DNA from: Planctomycetota bacterium
Lineage (GTDB): Bacteria; Planctomycetota; UBA1135; UBA2386
Assembly (NCBI GenBank): GCA_046290465.1
Contig: JBKAGP010000001.1
Span: 4,032,001 to 4,096,000, forward strand
Length of the DNA: 64,000 nt
Direction: 5' to 3'
Both the position numbers and the translations under genes were made by a program. Below, in pieces: positions 1-8,652 of the stretch; position 1 is the stretch's first letter, and each line of letters begins with the position of its first letter. The notes under the pieces are model-generated. The model made no database searches and was not told where the DNA came from. It saw nothing but the letters and a program-made list of their open reading frames with translations.

Positions 1-610
1 TGAGCTTGCGTGCGACCTCAGTGATCGAGGAAGCATCGCCGTCGAAATTGATCGCGAGGTCGAGTCGTGTGACGTGCCAATGGTGTCCAGCCTGCTCGGC
101 CTCCACGGTCGTGCACGGTAGAAGCAACGAGGTCATCTCTTGAAACACTCTCAGCAGTTCTTCCTCGGAGACGTTGTGCTGCTCGTCGTTGTGAAGTCGA
201 AGAGCCCTGGGCACGCTGACCTCGACCATCACGATGTTCTCTCGCAAGGTCATGCGCATGCCGTCGGAGGATCGGAGAAAGGTCTTGTAAGCAGCGTCGC
301 TGCTCTGCTTCCAGCTCTCTCTCGCGAGCAGGTTGCGTAGGTCGTTGTCGTTGATGACCGCGTTCAACTGTGTCCGAATCGTGTCGACGATGCCGATCGG
401 CGTGAGCGGGATGCGGGTGAGCGGCTCTCCTAGAGGAACGAGGATCTCTGGCGCTTGCGTTGGACGCTGCGGCACTCGCGCGCCACGCTTTCGGGCGTAG
501 CGGGTTTTGCCCCGAGGGGATCCTCGACTGCATTCTGCCCGTCTCCCCTCCGCGAGTCTGCCTTCCTGTCGGTTCCGTAGTTTCGTCGGCTTCTTCTTCT
601 TCGTGGCCAT
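1..610 (-). CDS. Partial (runs off left edge) putative phage/plasmid replication initiator, Rep_trans / inovirus gene II-X-like
   Basis: Not in the ORF track. Hand translation from ATG at 610 is open to base 1: MATKKKKPTK...GIVDTIRTQL...MVEVSVPRALRLHN...HWHVTRLDLAINFDGD. The DT, S-x-P...HN and (V)TRLDLAxNF motifs resemble rolling-circle initiators. Confidence 0.55.
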   Translation of the reverse strand, partial: MATKKKKPTKLRNRQEGRLAEGRRAECSRGSPRGKTRYARKRGARVPQRPTQAPEILVPLGEPLTRIPLTPIGIVDTIRTQLNAVINDNDLRNLLARESWKQSSDAAYKTFLRSSDGMRMTLRENIVMVEVSVPRALRLHNDEQHNVSEEELLRVFQEMTSLLLPCTTVEAEQAGHHWHVTRLDLAINFDGDASSITEVARKL

Positions 611-761
611 TCTTGCTCTCGCCTCGTTGGTTGTGGGCGATGCCGACGGCAGCTAATCTGCGGTTGCTCAACCGTAGTGCCGGACATCGCTCTGGACTGC
701 GACTCCTCGGCTCCGGGCAACACGCTCGGAGCCGAGATCATCACAAAGTGGGGGATTCGCT

Positions 762-1337
762 GTGGATGCTGGTGACTGGGTGACGCTCGGTGTCGCAACG
801 CTTGGCTTCGTCGCCTCGACCGCTCATCTCGTCTGGCGACTCTTTGCGTCTAGGTCTGAGGAGGCTCGGAAGGTCGTCAGAGAATCCATGGCTCCATTCG
901 TGCCAATCCTGGGTGAAGGGATGCACGAGGTGCTCGCGAGTGCCCACATCCTGGCCAAGAAGATCAAGGCCGCGTCGAAGCCTGAGCACTTGCAGAAGTG
1001 GATCGACCGAGGCGCTGCTGCGAAGCAACGGATTGAGGAGTCGCGGCGGAAGGCTCGCTACGTGCTGTGGGGTATCACGGATGCGCTCAAGGTCGTGGCT
1101 CTTGCGCCGGATTACGCGAGGCACGCGCACAACAACCCGAGTTTCCCGATCGACGAGATGCTCGACCGCATGGACTCGCTGCGTGCCAAACTTGACGACG
1201 TCATTCGGGGCTGCTTCTGGGAGGGCCGCCATCCGACACCCGCCGAGATTCAGGGCGTCGAGGCGCAGGCGGTGCGAGCGCGCGAAGTGATGGGCAACGG
1301 CCCACCCGAGTCGCTTTCCGACGAAGCCGGCGGTTGA
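762..1337 (+). CDS. Hypothetical protein with N-terminal TM helix
   Basis: 191-aa ORF, hydrophobic N-terminus (WVTLGVATLGFVASTAHLVW), helical remainder. Confidence 0.6.
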   Translation: MDAGDWVTLGVATLGFVASTAHLVWRLFASRSEEARKVVRESMAPFVPILGEGMHEVLASAHILAKKIKAASKPEHLQKWIDRGAAAKQRIEESRRKARYVLWGITDALKVVALAPDYARHAHNNPSFPIDEMLDRMDSLRAKLDDVIRGCFWEGRHPTPAEIQGVEAQAVRAREVMGNGPPESLSDEAGG

Positions 1338-1485
1338 CAGCGTGTCGATTGGCGCGCATGGATCCGTGGCTCGCTTAGTGGTCGGAGTCGCTCGCCCGCT
1401 CATCTCGTAGCTGTCAACTCGGCTGCTGGGTATCGAGGGCGCTTTGCCGATGTCGCTGTAGCAAGCATCGTTGCATCGCAAACGT

Positions 1486-1515
1486 CTGCGCCTTCGAGTC
1501 CTGCAGGGCCTACCA
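1486..1515 (+). mobile_element. att core 1: tRNA 3'-end fragment (T-loop to CCA)
   Basis: CTGCGCC-TTCGAGT-CCTGCAGGGCCTA-CCA = T-loop, T-stem 3' strand, acceptor 3' strand, discriminator and CCA. No 5' half of a tRNA upstream. Confidence 0.8.
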
Positions 1516-1656
1516 CTCGGATCGCGCGCGGATGGCGCGTAGTTGCCGATTCGCGGGGGGTGCGCTGTTCGGGAAGGGCGAGTGTGCAACAGAGTGTGCA
1601 ATGGCGTCGGTCACAAGCTGGCACGACGTGGCACGGTCTGGCACCACCTGGCACGG
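1516..1656 (+). repeat. Conserved element-end arm downstream of att core 1
   Basis: CTCGGATCG...GATTCGCGGGGG spacer, GAGTGTGCAA x2, GGTCACA, then TGGCAC at 1619/1629/1639/1649. Homologous to 13561-13670 and 21040-21170. Confidence 0.8.
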
Positions 1657-1917
1657 TTGCGGAGAGGGCGCTGCAGGGTGATTCCTGCAGCGTGGGGGCC
1701 GTGGTGCGCCGCCGGTGGGCGTGGCGGCGATGGGCCAGAGGGCGTGGCCCGGAGGGGGCTCGGGCCGCGGTGGCGGCCGCGCGCGGGGCTGACGGGCCGA
1801 ATCTCGCGATCCGGATAGGGTGCCTGGTGGCGCTGGGGTGCCTGGCCGTGGTCCGTGGTGGTAGGCTGCGTGGGCGGGCAGCGGGATTTGGTCCGCTGTC
1901 GCACACGAGTTGGGCAG

Positions 1918-2276
1918 ATGAGAGTCGCGCAAGCAGTCGTGGCAGACACGGGCTTCCTCCGGTCCCCGGAGATTCTCGACTACTTTGGCGAGTCGCCCCG
2001 CAACGTCGTAGTGCTCGCTGAGTACACCTGCATGGAGCGCTACCAGGGAGACGCACTGGTCAACATCGAGCGCTCGACCGAGCTCTTGCGCAAGCATCCG
2101 ACCCAAGTCCTGATCGCGCGGGGTGCGCGACAGGTGGTCGAGATCCAGGATCGTCGGTCTACGCAATTCGTCACCCGCGACCTCATTGAGCCTGGGCAGA
2201 CGACAGGCTTCGCGCAGTTCTGCTCTGACGTAGAGCGTGCCGCGAAGGGAGATCTTGCTACCCTCGCCAATATCCG
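1918..2276 (+). pseudogene. 3'-truncated PIN-like hypothetical protein, fused to IS1380 interior
   Basis: MRVAQAVVADTGFLRS...VVVLAEYTCMERYQGD has a PIN-type first strand plus Asp. The sequence switches to transposase DNA at ~2277. Confidence 0.5.
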
Positions 2277-3864
2277 GGTCGACGTGAGATCCGAGCCGAC
2301 TTCGACGGCGGTGACACCTCCTCGGACGGCGGCGCGTTGCTGCTGCAAGAGACCGAAGAGCGGACCAGAATCATCGAGCAGTTCTCGCACTGTTTCGACG
2401 ACCACCGCGACGAGACGCGCATCGAGCACAGCGTGCGCGACCTGCTCGCCCAACGCGTCTTCGGGATCGCACTCGGGTACGAAGACCTCAACGACCACGA
2501 CGACCTGCGCTTCGACCCGCTGCTCGCGACGGCCGTTGGCAAAGAGGATCCGAAGGGCCTCAAGCGGCTGCGGGAGCGCGATCGCGGTGCCGGCCTGGCG
2601 ACGTCGAGCACGCTGAATCGCGTCGAGCTTGCGCGGCCGGACGACGCAGAGTTCCACCGCTACAAGCGGGTCGTGCTGCGCGAGGAGTTCGTCGACCAAG
2701 TCTTGCTCGACGTGTTCTTTCAGTCGTTCGACGAAGTGCCCGAAGAGGTCGTGCTCGACTTCGACGCGACCGACGACCCGCTACACGGCAAGCAGGAAGG
2801 TCGCTTCTTCCACGGCTACTACGGCCGCTACTGCTACCTGCCGCTCTACGTCTTCTGCGGCGACCACCTGCTCGCGGCGCGGCTTCGATCCTCGGGCATC
2901 GATGGGGCGGCCGGTACGGTCGACGAGCTCGAGCGCATCGTGCCGGCACTGCGCGAGCAGTGGCCCGACGTGAAGATCATCGTGCGAGGCGACTCTGGAT
3001 TCCGTCGCGAGGAGATCATGGCATGGTGCGAGGATCACGCTGTGGACTACGTACTCGGCCTTGCACGCAATTCGCGGCTGGTGAAGCGCATCGCGTGTGC
3101 ATTGAGCCGCGCACAGCAGCGGCACGCGCAAACCGGTCAGCCGGCTCGATACTTCGTAGACTTTCGTTACCGCACGGAGAAGTCGTGGAGCCGTGAGCGT
3201 CGCATGATCGGCAAGGCCGAGCATCTCGACAAGGGGAGCAACCCGCGCTTCGTCGTCACCTCGCTGACGAGAAAGCGGTGCGGTGTGAAGAAGCTCTACG
3301 AAGACCTGTACTGCGCACGTGGGGACATGGAGAATCGGATCAAGGAGCAGCAGCTGTTCTGCTTCGCCGATCGCACCAGCACCGCAACGATGCGCGCCAA
3401 CCAAACGCGGCTCTACTTCTCTTCGATCGCGTACACGTTGTTGGCGGCGCTTCGTCGGATTGGGCTGCGCGGGACCGACCTCGCACGCGCCCAGTGCAAC
3501 ACGATCAGGGCGAAGCTGTTGAAGATCGGCGCGATCGTGCGCGTCACGGTACGAAAGGTCTGGGTCTCGCTGTCACGCGCGTGCCCGTACGCTGGCATCT
3601 TCCGTGATGTCGTCGCGAATCTCCGCGCGCCGCCTGCTCGCCGCGCCTGAGGCTGTCGATTCGCCCGCTGCGCCCGCCTCTTTCTGCGCCACCGGTCTGT
3701 ACGCAGTCGACGGAACACGCCCGTTTCGGCCCTGTTCGCCTTTCAGGCCACACGCTGGCCGCCTTGATGCCGTCGCGTGCGCGTCAACGCCGCCGTCTCG
3801 TCAGCATCTTGCGCCGCTCAAGGCGCCAACTACGCCGAAACCGCGCAGTGGTGAGACATCCGGG
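2277..3864 (+). mobile_element. IS1380-family insertion sequence, 5'-truncated
   Basis: Transposase frame begins abruptly at GRREIRADFDGGDTSSDGG. Right end GGTGAGACATCCGGG followed by CTAG; no matching left IR seen. Confidence 0.8.
2337..3650 (+). CDS. IS1380-family DDE transposase (N-terminal residues missing)
   Basis: GYEDLNDHDDLRFDP, LDFDATDDPLHGKQEG, RGDSGF, YCARGDMENRIKE motifs. Confidence 0.9.
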   Translation: MLLQETEERTRIIEQFSHCFDDHRDETRIEHSVRDLLAQRVFGIALGYEDLNDHDDLRFDPLLATAVGKEDPKGLKRLRERDRGAGLATSSTLNRVELARPDDAEFHRYKRVVLREEFVDQVLLDVFFQSFDEVPEEVVLDFDATDDPLHGKQEGRFFHGYYGRYCYLPLYVFCGDHLLAARLRSSGIDGAAGTVDELERIVPALREQWPDVKIIVRGDSGFRREEIMAWCEDHAVDYVLGLARNSRLVKRIACALSRAQQRHAQTGQPARYFVDFRYRTEKSWSRERRMIGKAEHLDKGSNPRFVVTSLTRKRCGVKKLYEDLYCARGDMENRIKEQQLFCFADRTSTATMRANQTRLYFSSIAYTLLAALRRIGLRGTDLARAQCNTIRAKLLKIGAIVRVTVRKVWVSLSRACPYAGIFRDVVANLRAPPARRA

Positions 3865-4138
3865 CTAGGTGGCCGGCCGCATCACCCGGATCCGGGGCGC
3901 CCTCGCACAGTGGGACGAGATGCGCACGAAGCACCGTCCGCCACCACCGAAGGGCGGGGAAGTCGAATACGTTCGACAGAGGGTCGTCGAAGGGAAGTCG
4001 TAGCACGATCTGGCAACGGCTCTCGGAGGCCAGCTGGATGCAACGCCGAAAACCTCAGAACGGCTGTCCGGTCGAGAAGGTGGCTGGCCATCGGTCGGGT
4101 GCGGCGAGTAGTTCGCCGCCTCAAACCCGAGGTAGACC

Positions 4139-5860
4139 ATGTCCTTTCGCAGCGTTCTCTCCACTCTTCTGATCTCGCCGGCCGTCACCACAGGCCTGCT
4201 TGCTCAAGCTACCCAGTTCGGCAACGGGTGCGCCTCATCCACTTCGTCCACGCCGACGATCTCGCTCCAGGGAGCACCGTTCGCAAACACGCCGCTCGTG
4301 TTCGACGTGTCCGGCCCGCCGAACAAGGTGGCCTATGTGATGCTGTCCTTCCAGAACCAGACCTACGCCAATGTGCCGTTGCCGCTCGACCTCGCGGCCA
4401 TCGGTAACCCCGGTTGCACGCTGCTAGTGCCGCCGGACTATAGTGTTCCGGTCCCGCTCAACGGGCAGGGCACAGCGACGTTGGCCATCCCGGCGTTGCT
4501 GCCGGCAAACACGACGCTCTACGCGCAATCCGCCATCCTGTTCGGTCAGGGCAACGCCTTGCTCGACGGCATCAGCGAAGGCCTGCAGATCGACATGATC
4601 ACGCCGACCAGCGACCCGGTCATCGGCAGCATCAGCCAACTGAGCGGCACCGAAGGCGACCTGCTGACGATCCGCGGGGCCAACTTCGGCAACGGCCCCG
4701 CAGACGATCTTTGCATGGCGGTCATGGACAATACCGACCACATCCAGGCGTTTCTCAAGGTCGAGACGCGCACCGACACGGACATGACCGCGCGCATCAA
4801 GACCGTGCGCCCCGGCGCCGTGCCGGGCAAGCTCGGCTTCATACTCGGTTCCGGCAACAACCAAGCGCTGCCGCCGGTGCCCGGCGCCTCAGCGCCACAG
4901 TCGGTCTGGAGCTGGCGCAACGCCAACGTGCAACCGAACGAGATGGCGATGTCGTCGCAGACGTTCGCGCCAGTGTCGTCGTTCTCGTCGTTCGGCAACC
5001 CGTGCGTGCCGTGTCAGGACGGCTACATCTGGTTCGACGTACAGAACGGCCAGTTCGTGGCCGACCTGCCCGAGCTCTGCGACGGTGCGACGTTCTGCGT
5101 CTACTTCAGCGAATTCTGGTGGATCGACAACGCTGGCGACTATCACCGCATCGAGAGTCAAGTCGAACAGGTGTCGATCTGCGGCATGACGTCAGCCGCG
5201 CGCGCCAACTACCTCGCGTTCATGCTCAGTTTCAACCTCGCCGGTGACGGCCTCAGCGCGTTCGCCCCTGATGCGAGCACGCTGACGATCCAGATCAACG
5301 GCGGCGCCCAGTTCATGGGCGGTTCGCTTGTCATGCAATACAAGTACGACCCGACGCTGCGCGTGACCGCGACCGACGGCACCTGCGACAACTTCGCCGC
5401 GCCCACCGAACCGACGACGATCGGTGCCAACCTCAACGCTTGGTACATCGCCAACACGCCGTCGGCGCCGCTGGCAATCTTTGACACCACCGCGTCGGAC
5501 CGTCACTTCCTGCACACGATCCCGATTCCGACAGGCCCCGGCACGACCACGACCGGCATCAGCCTCGAACTGCATCTTCGCAGCAACAACGCCATGTCGA
5601 CCAACGACAACATCCAGCTGGTGCTCAACGGTGGCGCCTTCGTCTGGAGTCTACGCATCTCCGACTTGCCCGGCACCGGCGGGACCTGGACCTCGGGCCA
5701 GACGGCCACGGTCTGCCTCGACCTCGCCGACTTGCCGCCGAGCAACAGCAGCGTGACGAGCGTCCTCGCCGAGGCCATCCTCGCAGGTGAGGTCGACATC
5801 CGAATCCAGGATGACACGACCGTTGACTGCGCGTCGATCACCGTCCAGCGATGCCAATGA
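4139..5860 (+). CDS. Secreted beta-rich protein with IPT/TIG-like segment
   Basis: Signal peptide ending LLAQ; module LPLDLAAIGNPGCTLLV...LYAQSAIL...SEGL; GDLLTIRGANFG. Confidence 0.75.
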   Translation: MSFRSVLSTLLISPAVTTGLLAQATQFGNGCASSTSSTPTISLQGAPFANTPLVFDVSGPPNKVAYVMLSFQNQTYANVPLPLDLAAIGNPGCTLLVPPDYSVPVPLNGQGTATLAIPALLPANTTLYAQSAILFGQGNALLDGISEGLQIDMITPTSDPVIGSISQLSGTEGDLLTIRGANFGNGPADDLCMAVMDNTDHIQAFLKVETRTDTDMTARIKTVRPGAVPGKLGFILGSGNNQALPPVPGASAPQSVWSWRNANVQPNEMAMSSQTFAPVSSFSSFGNPCVPCQDGYIWFDVQNGQFVADLPELCDGATFCVYFSEFWWIDNAGDYHRIESQVEQVSICGMTSAARANYLAFMLSFNLAGDGLSAFAPDASTLTIQINGGAQFMGGSLVMQYKYDPTLRVTATDGTCDNFAAPTEPTTIGANLNAWYIANTPSAPLAIFDTTASDRHFLHTIPIPTGPGTTTTGISLELHLRSNNAMSTNDNIQLVLNGGAFVWSLRISDLPGTGGTWTSGQTATVCLDLADLPPSNSSVTSVLAEAILAGEVDIRIQDDTTVDCASITVQRCQ

Positions 5861-5950
5861 TCTCATGAAGTGGGATCCTTGCTTAGGATAGCCCCTTCAC
5901 AACGGCGACGACTTCGGTCGTCGCCTCCCGCTACCACCTCGCCAACGGCC

Positions 5951-8608
5951 ATGACCATGCCAAAGCCAGCCGCCCCCGAGCCAGGAGACCGCCTTGCTCG
6001 CGTGATCGAGATCCACCACGAGTTCCTCGCGAGTGGCGGCAAGGACCACGAAGCCGTTCTGCGCCAACACGAAGATCTGCGGGAACTGCTCGAACCACTA
6101 TTGCTCGAATCGTTTTCGGGTGATGAGTCCTCACCGGAGGGCGACGCGAGCGACGTTGGAGGAGGCACACGCACCATCGGCGACTACCGCATCGTCGGCG
6201 AGCTCGGCCGCGGTGGAATGGGCGTGGTCTACGAGGCAGAGCAAACGTCACTCGGTCGTTGCGTCGCTTTGAAGGTCCTGCCACCGAGTTCGCTGCTCGA
6301 CGAAAGGGCCGTGGCGAGGTTTCGCCGCGAAGCACAGATCGCCGCCAACCTCGATCACCCACACATCACGAAGGTGTTCGACAGCGGCGACCACGACGGC
6401 CAGCTGTGGATTGCCATGGAACTCGTCGCCGGCACTCCATTATCGGAGCTGCTGGCCCTGCGCGCCGGCACGCAGGCGAGTGACGTCCGCTTCGCGGTCG
6501 AACTGATCGCACAGGTTGCCGACGCGCTTGAGCACTCCCACGCGGCCGGCATCGTGCATCGCGACGTAAAGCCGGCCAACATTATTGTGCAAGACGGCGG
6601 CAACGCGATGCTGGCCGACTTCGGCGTCGCCCGCAGTGCCGAAGCGATGTCGGTCACGATGACCGGCGACTTCGCCGGCACACCGAACTACGCGTCCCCA
6701 GAACAACTACGCGCGCGCCAAAACAACATCGATCATCGAACCGACATCTTCTCGCTCGGTGCAACGCTGTACGAGTTGCTGACCCTGCAGAAGCCGTTCG
6801 ACGCCGATTCCATAACCGAGCTGCGCTACCGGATCGAACGACGTGACCCGCATGCACCGTCCCGGTTGGTACGGGCCGTCTCGCGCGACCTCGATTCGAT
6901 CGTGCTTCGCGCGTTGGAAAAGGACGCAAGCAAGCGCTACGCCACCGCTGCGGCGTTTGCTGACGATCTGCGGCGCTGGCAGAGTGGTCGTCCTGTGCAT
7001 GCGCGACCCGTCGGAGCTCTGGTTCGAATCGCCCGATGGTGCCGACGCAATCCGCTTCCAGCAGCGTTCCTGCTCTCGATCACCGCGGCGCTGCTCGTCG
7101 TGCTGCAACTGGCGCGGGTCGCCGATAGCCGCTTGGTGCAGTTCCAGAGCGTCAAGCTAGGACGCGACATCGAACTGATCAAACTCGCGATGCGGTCGGC
7201 GCCCGCCGCTGCGCCTGCTACGGCCGCACAACTTCACCAAGTCGCCGGGTCCGCCGAAGACCTGCTCGTGCAGGTGCCCAGGCTGCGCACTATCCTCGCC
7301 GATCTAACCGCCGAAGGAGTCTCGACTTCGCACGTCGAACCGCGCCGGCTCCTCAAAGAACATCCGGCAGCCGCCTACCTCGACCGACTACGCACGGATC
7401 GGGCAGCAACTGCCAGACGATTGGCGCAACGCGTCGCATCCGGTGAGGCGCGGCCCGAGTGGCAAGCGACGGTCGCAGGTCGCCTGGCAAAGGTCGATGC
7501 ACAGATCGAGACGCTCACGGCACTGATCGCGCAACGCCGTCGCTGGGCGTTCGCCGACGACGAAGTCGAGTATCTGCACGACACCATTGAGGACTACGTC
7601 GCCGAATTGCAGTGGCTAGCCGAATACCGGATACCCGAAATCCGCCGACGGGCCGCGTGGGCAGATGAACTCGGCAAGCCGTTGTCGCAGGCCAACCGCG
7701 ACCTCTGGCAGGAAGCCATCGGGGTCGCGGCGTGCGACAAGCCATACGGCAACCTCAAGCTTGCCATACAACCCGGCCTGGTGCCCCTCGGTGCCGACCG
7801 CGACAGCGGCTTGCTTGAGTTCGCGCACCACCGTTCCGGCAGGATTCCGAAGCGCGACGCCGACGGCAAGCTCATGCTCGACGCAGAATCGGCACTGGTC
7901 TTTGTGCTGATTCCCGGCGGCACGCCGATCATCGGCGCCCAGACCACCAACCCATCCGGCGCCAACTTCGACGAATACGCGGCACAAAACGAACTCTCAC
8001 CGAAGAAGGTCCAACTCGACCCGTTCTTGTTGAGCAAGTTTGAGATGACTCACGCCCAGTGGACGCGGCTCGCCACCGGACTCGACGTCTACCACCGCGC
8101 CGCGCACTTCGAAGGACGGGAAGGCTTCGAAGTAAAGCCGATCGCGCGCGTTTCGTGGGTCAACTGCCAACGACTCTGCACAGCGAAGGGTCTACTACTG
8201 CCGACGGAATCGCAGTGGGAATACGCATGTCGCGCCGGCTCCCCGCACATGTTCTGGACGGGCGAAGAAGCACAGAGCCTGGACGGCAAGGAACACGTCG
8301 ACGATCGCAACGCCGGGCGGGTTAGCGCCTACGCGATGGCACCGAATCCGTTCGGGCTACACAACATGGCAGGCAACGTGCAGGAGTGGTGCCGCGATCC
8401 GTTCATCGATCGCGGCTGGCAGTCCGCACCCGGTGACGGCGTCCGCAGCGGCACCCCGGACGGCGATCACCGCGCCATTCGCGGTGGCCTCTACACCTAC
8501 GACGCCTGGAACTCGCGCCCGACCGCACGCAACACCAGCAGCGCCCGAGACGAGAAGGAGATCATCGGCCTCCGGCCGGCGATGCGTCTCGTACCTGCGA
8601 ACGACTGA
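5951..8608 (+). CDS. Ser/Thr protein kinase - TM - FGE-sulfatase (SUMF1-like) fusion
   Basis: LGRGGMGVVY, VALK, HRDVKPAN, DFG, GTPNYASPEQ; TM segment; LPTESQWEYACRAG, NPFGLHNMAGNVQEWC. Start taken at ATG 5951. Confidence 0.9.
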   Translation: MTMPKPAAPEPGDRLARVIEIHHEFLASGGKDHEAVLRQHEDLRELLEPLLLESFSGDESSPEGDASDVGGGTRTIGDYRIVGELGRGGMGVVYEAEQTSLGRCVALKVLPPSSLLDERAVARFRREAQIAANLDHPHITKVFDSGDHDGQLWIAMELVAGTPLSELLALRAGTQASDVRFAVELIAQVADALEHSHAAGIVHRDVKPANIIVQDGGNAMLADFGVARSAEAMSVTMTGDFAGTPNYASPEQLRARQNNIDHRTDIFSLGATLYELLTLQKPFDADSITELRYRIERRDPHAPSRLVRAVSRDLDSIVLRALEKDASKRYATAAAFADDLRRWQSGRPVHARPVGALVRIARWCRRNPLPAAFLLSITAALLVVLQLARVADSRLVQFQSVKLGRDIELIKLAMRSAPAAAPATAAQLHQVAGSAEDLLVQVPRLRTILADLTAEGVSTSHVEPRRLLKEHPAAAYLDRLRTDRAATARRLAQRVASGEARPEWQATVAGRLAKVDAQIETLTALIAQRRRWAFADDEVEYLHDTIEDYVAELQWLAEYRIPEIRRRAAWADELGKPLSQANRDLWQEAIGVAACDKPYGNLKLAIQPGLVPLGADRDSGLLEFAHHRSGRIPKRDADGKLMLDAESALVFVLIPGGTPIIGAQTTNPSGANFDEYAAQNELSPKKVQLDPFLLSKFEMTHAQWTRLATGLDVYHRAAHFEGREGFEVKPIARVSWVNCQRLCTAKGLLLPTESQWEYACRAGSPHMFWTGEEAQSLDGKEHVDDRNAGRVSAYAMAPNPFGLHNMAGNVQEWCRDPFIDRGWQSAPGDGVRSGTPDGDHRAIRGGLYTYDAWNSRPTARNTSSARDEKEIIGLRPAMRLVPAND

Positions 8609-8652
8609 GTCCCTTTCTACATAAGGCACCACGATTGAAGAAGGAGAGTCCG

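Noticed and set aside
1440..1515. Intact tRNA gene at the att cores
   Set aside because: Only the T-loop to CCA is present; no D-arm, anticodon arm or 5' acceptor strand upstream of any of the three copies. The isotype cannot be assigned.
1619..1660. TGGCAC arrays as sigma54 promoters
   Set aside because: No correctly spaced -12 TGC element; the 10-bp multimers fit protein-binding arrays better.
8400..8608. DGR variable region in the FGE (C-type-lectin-fold) domains
   Set aside because: No reverse transcriptase and no adenine-variant template repeat seen in the window.
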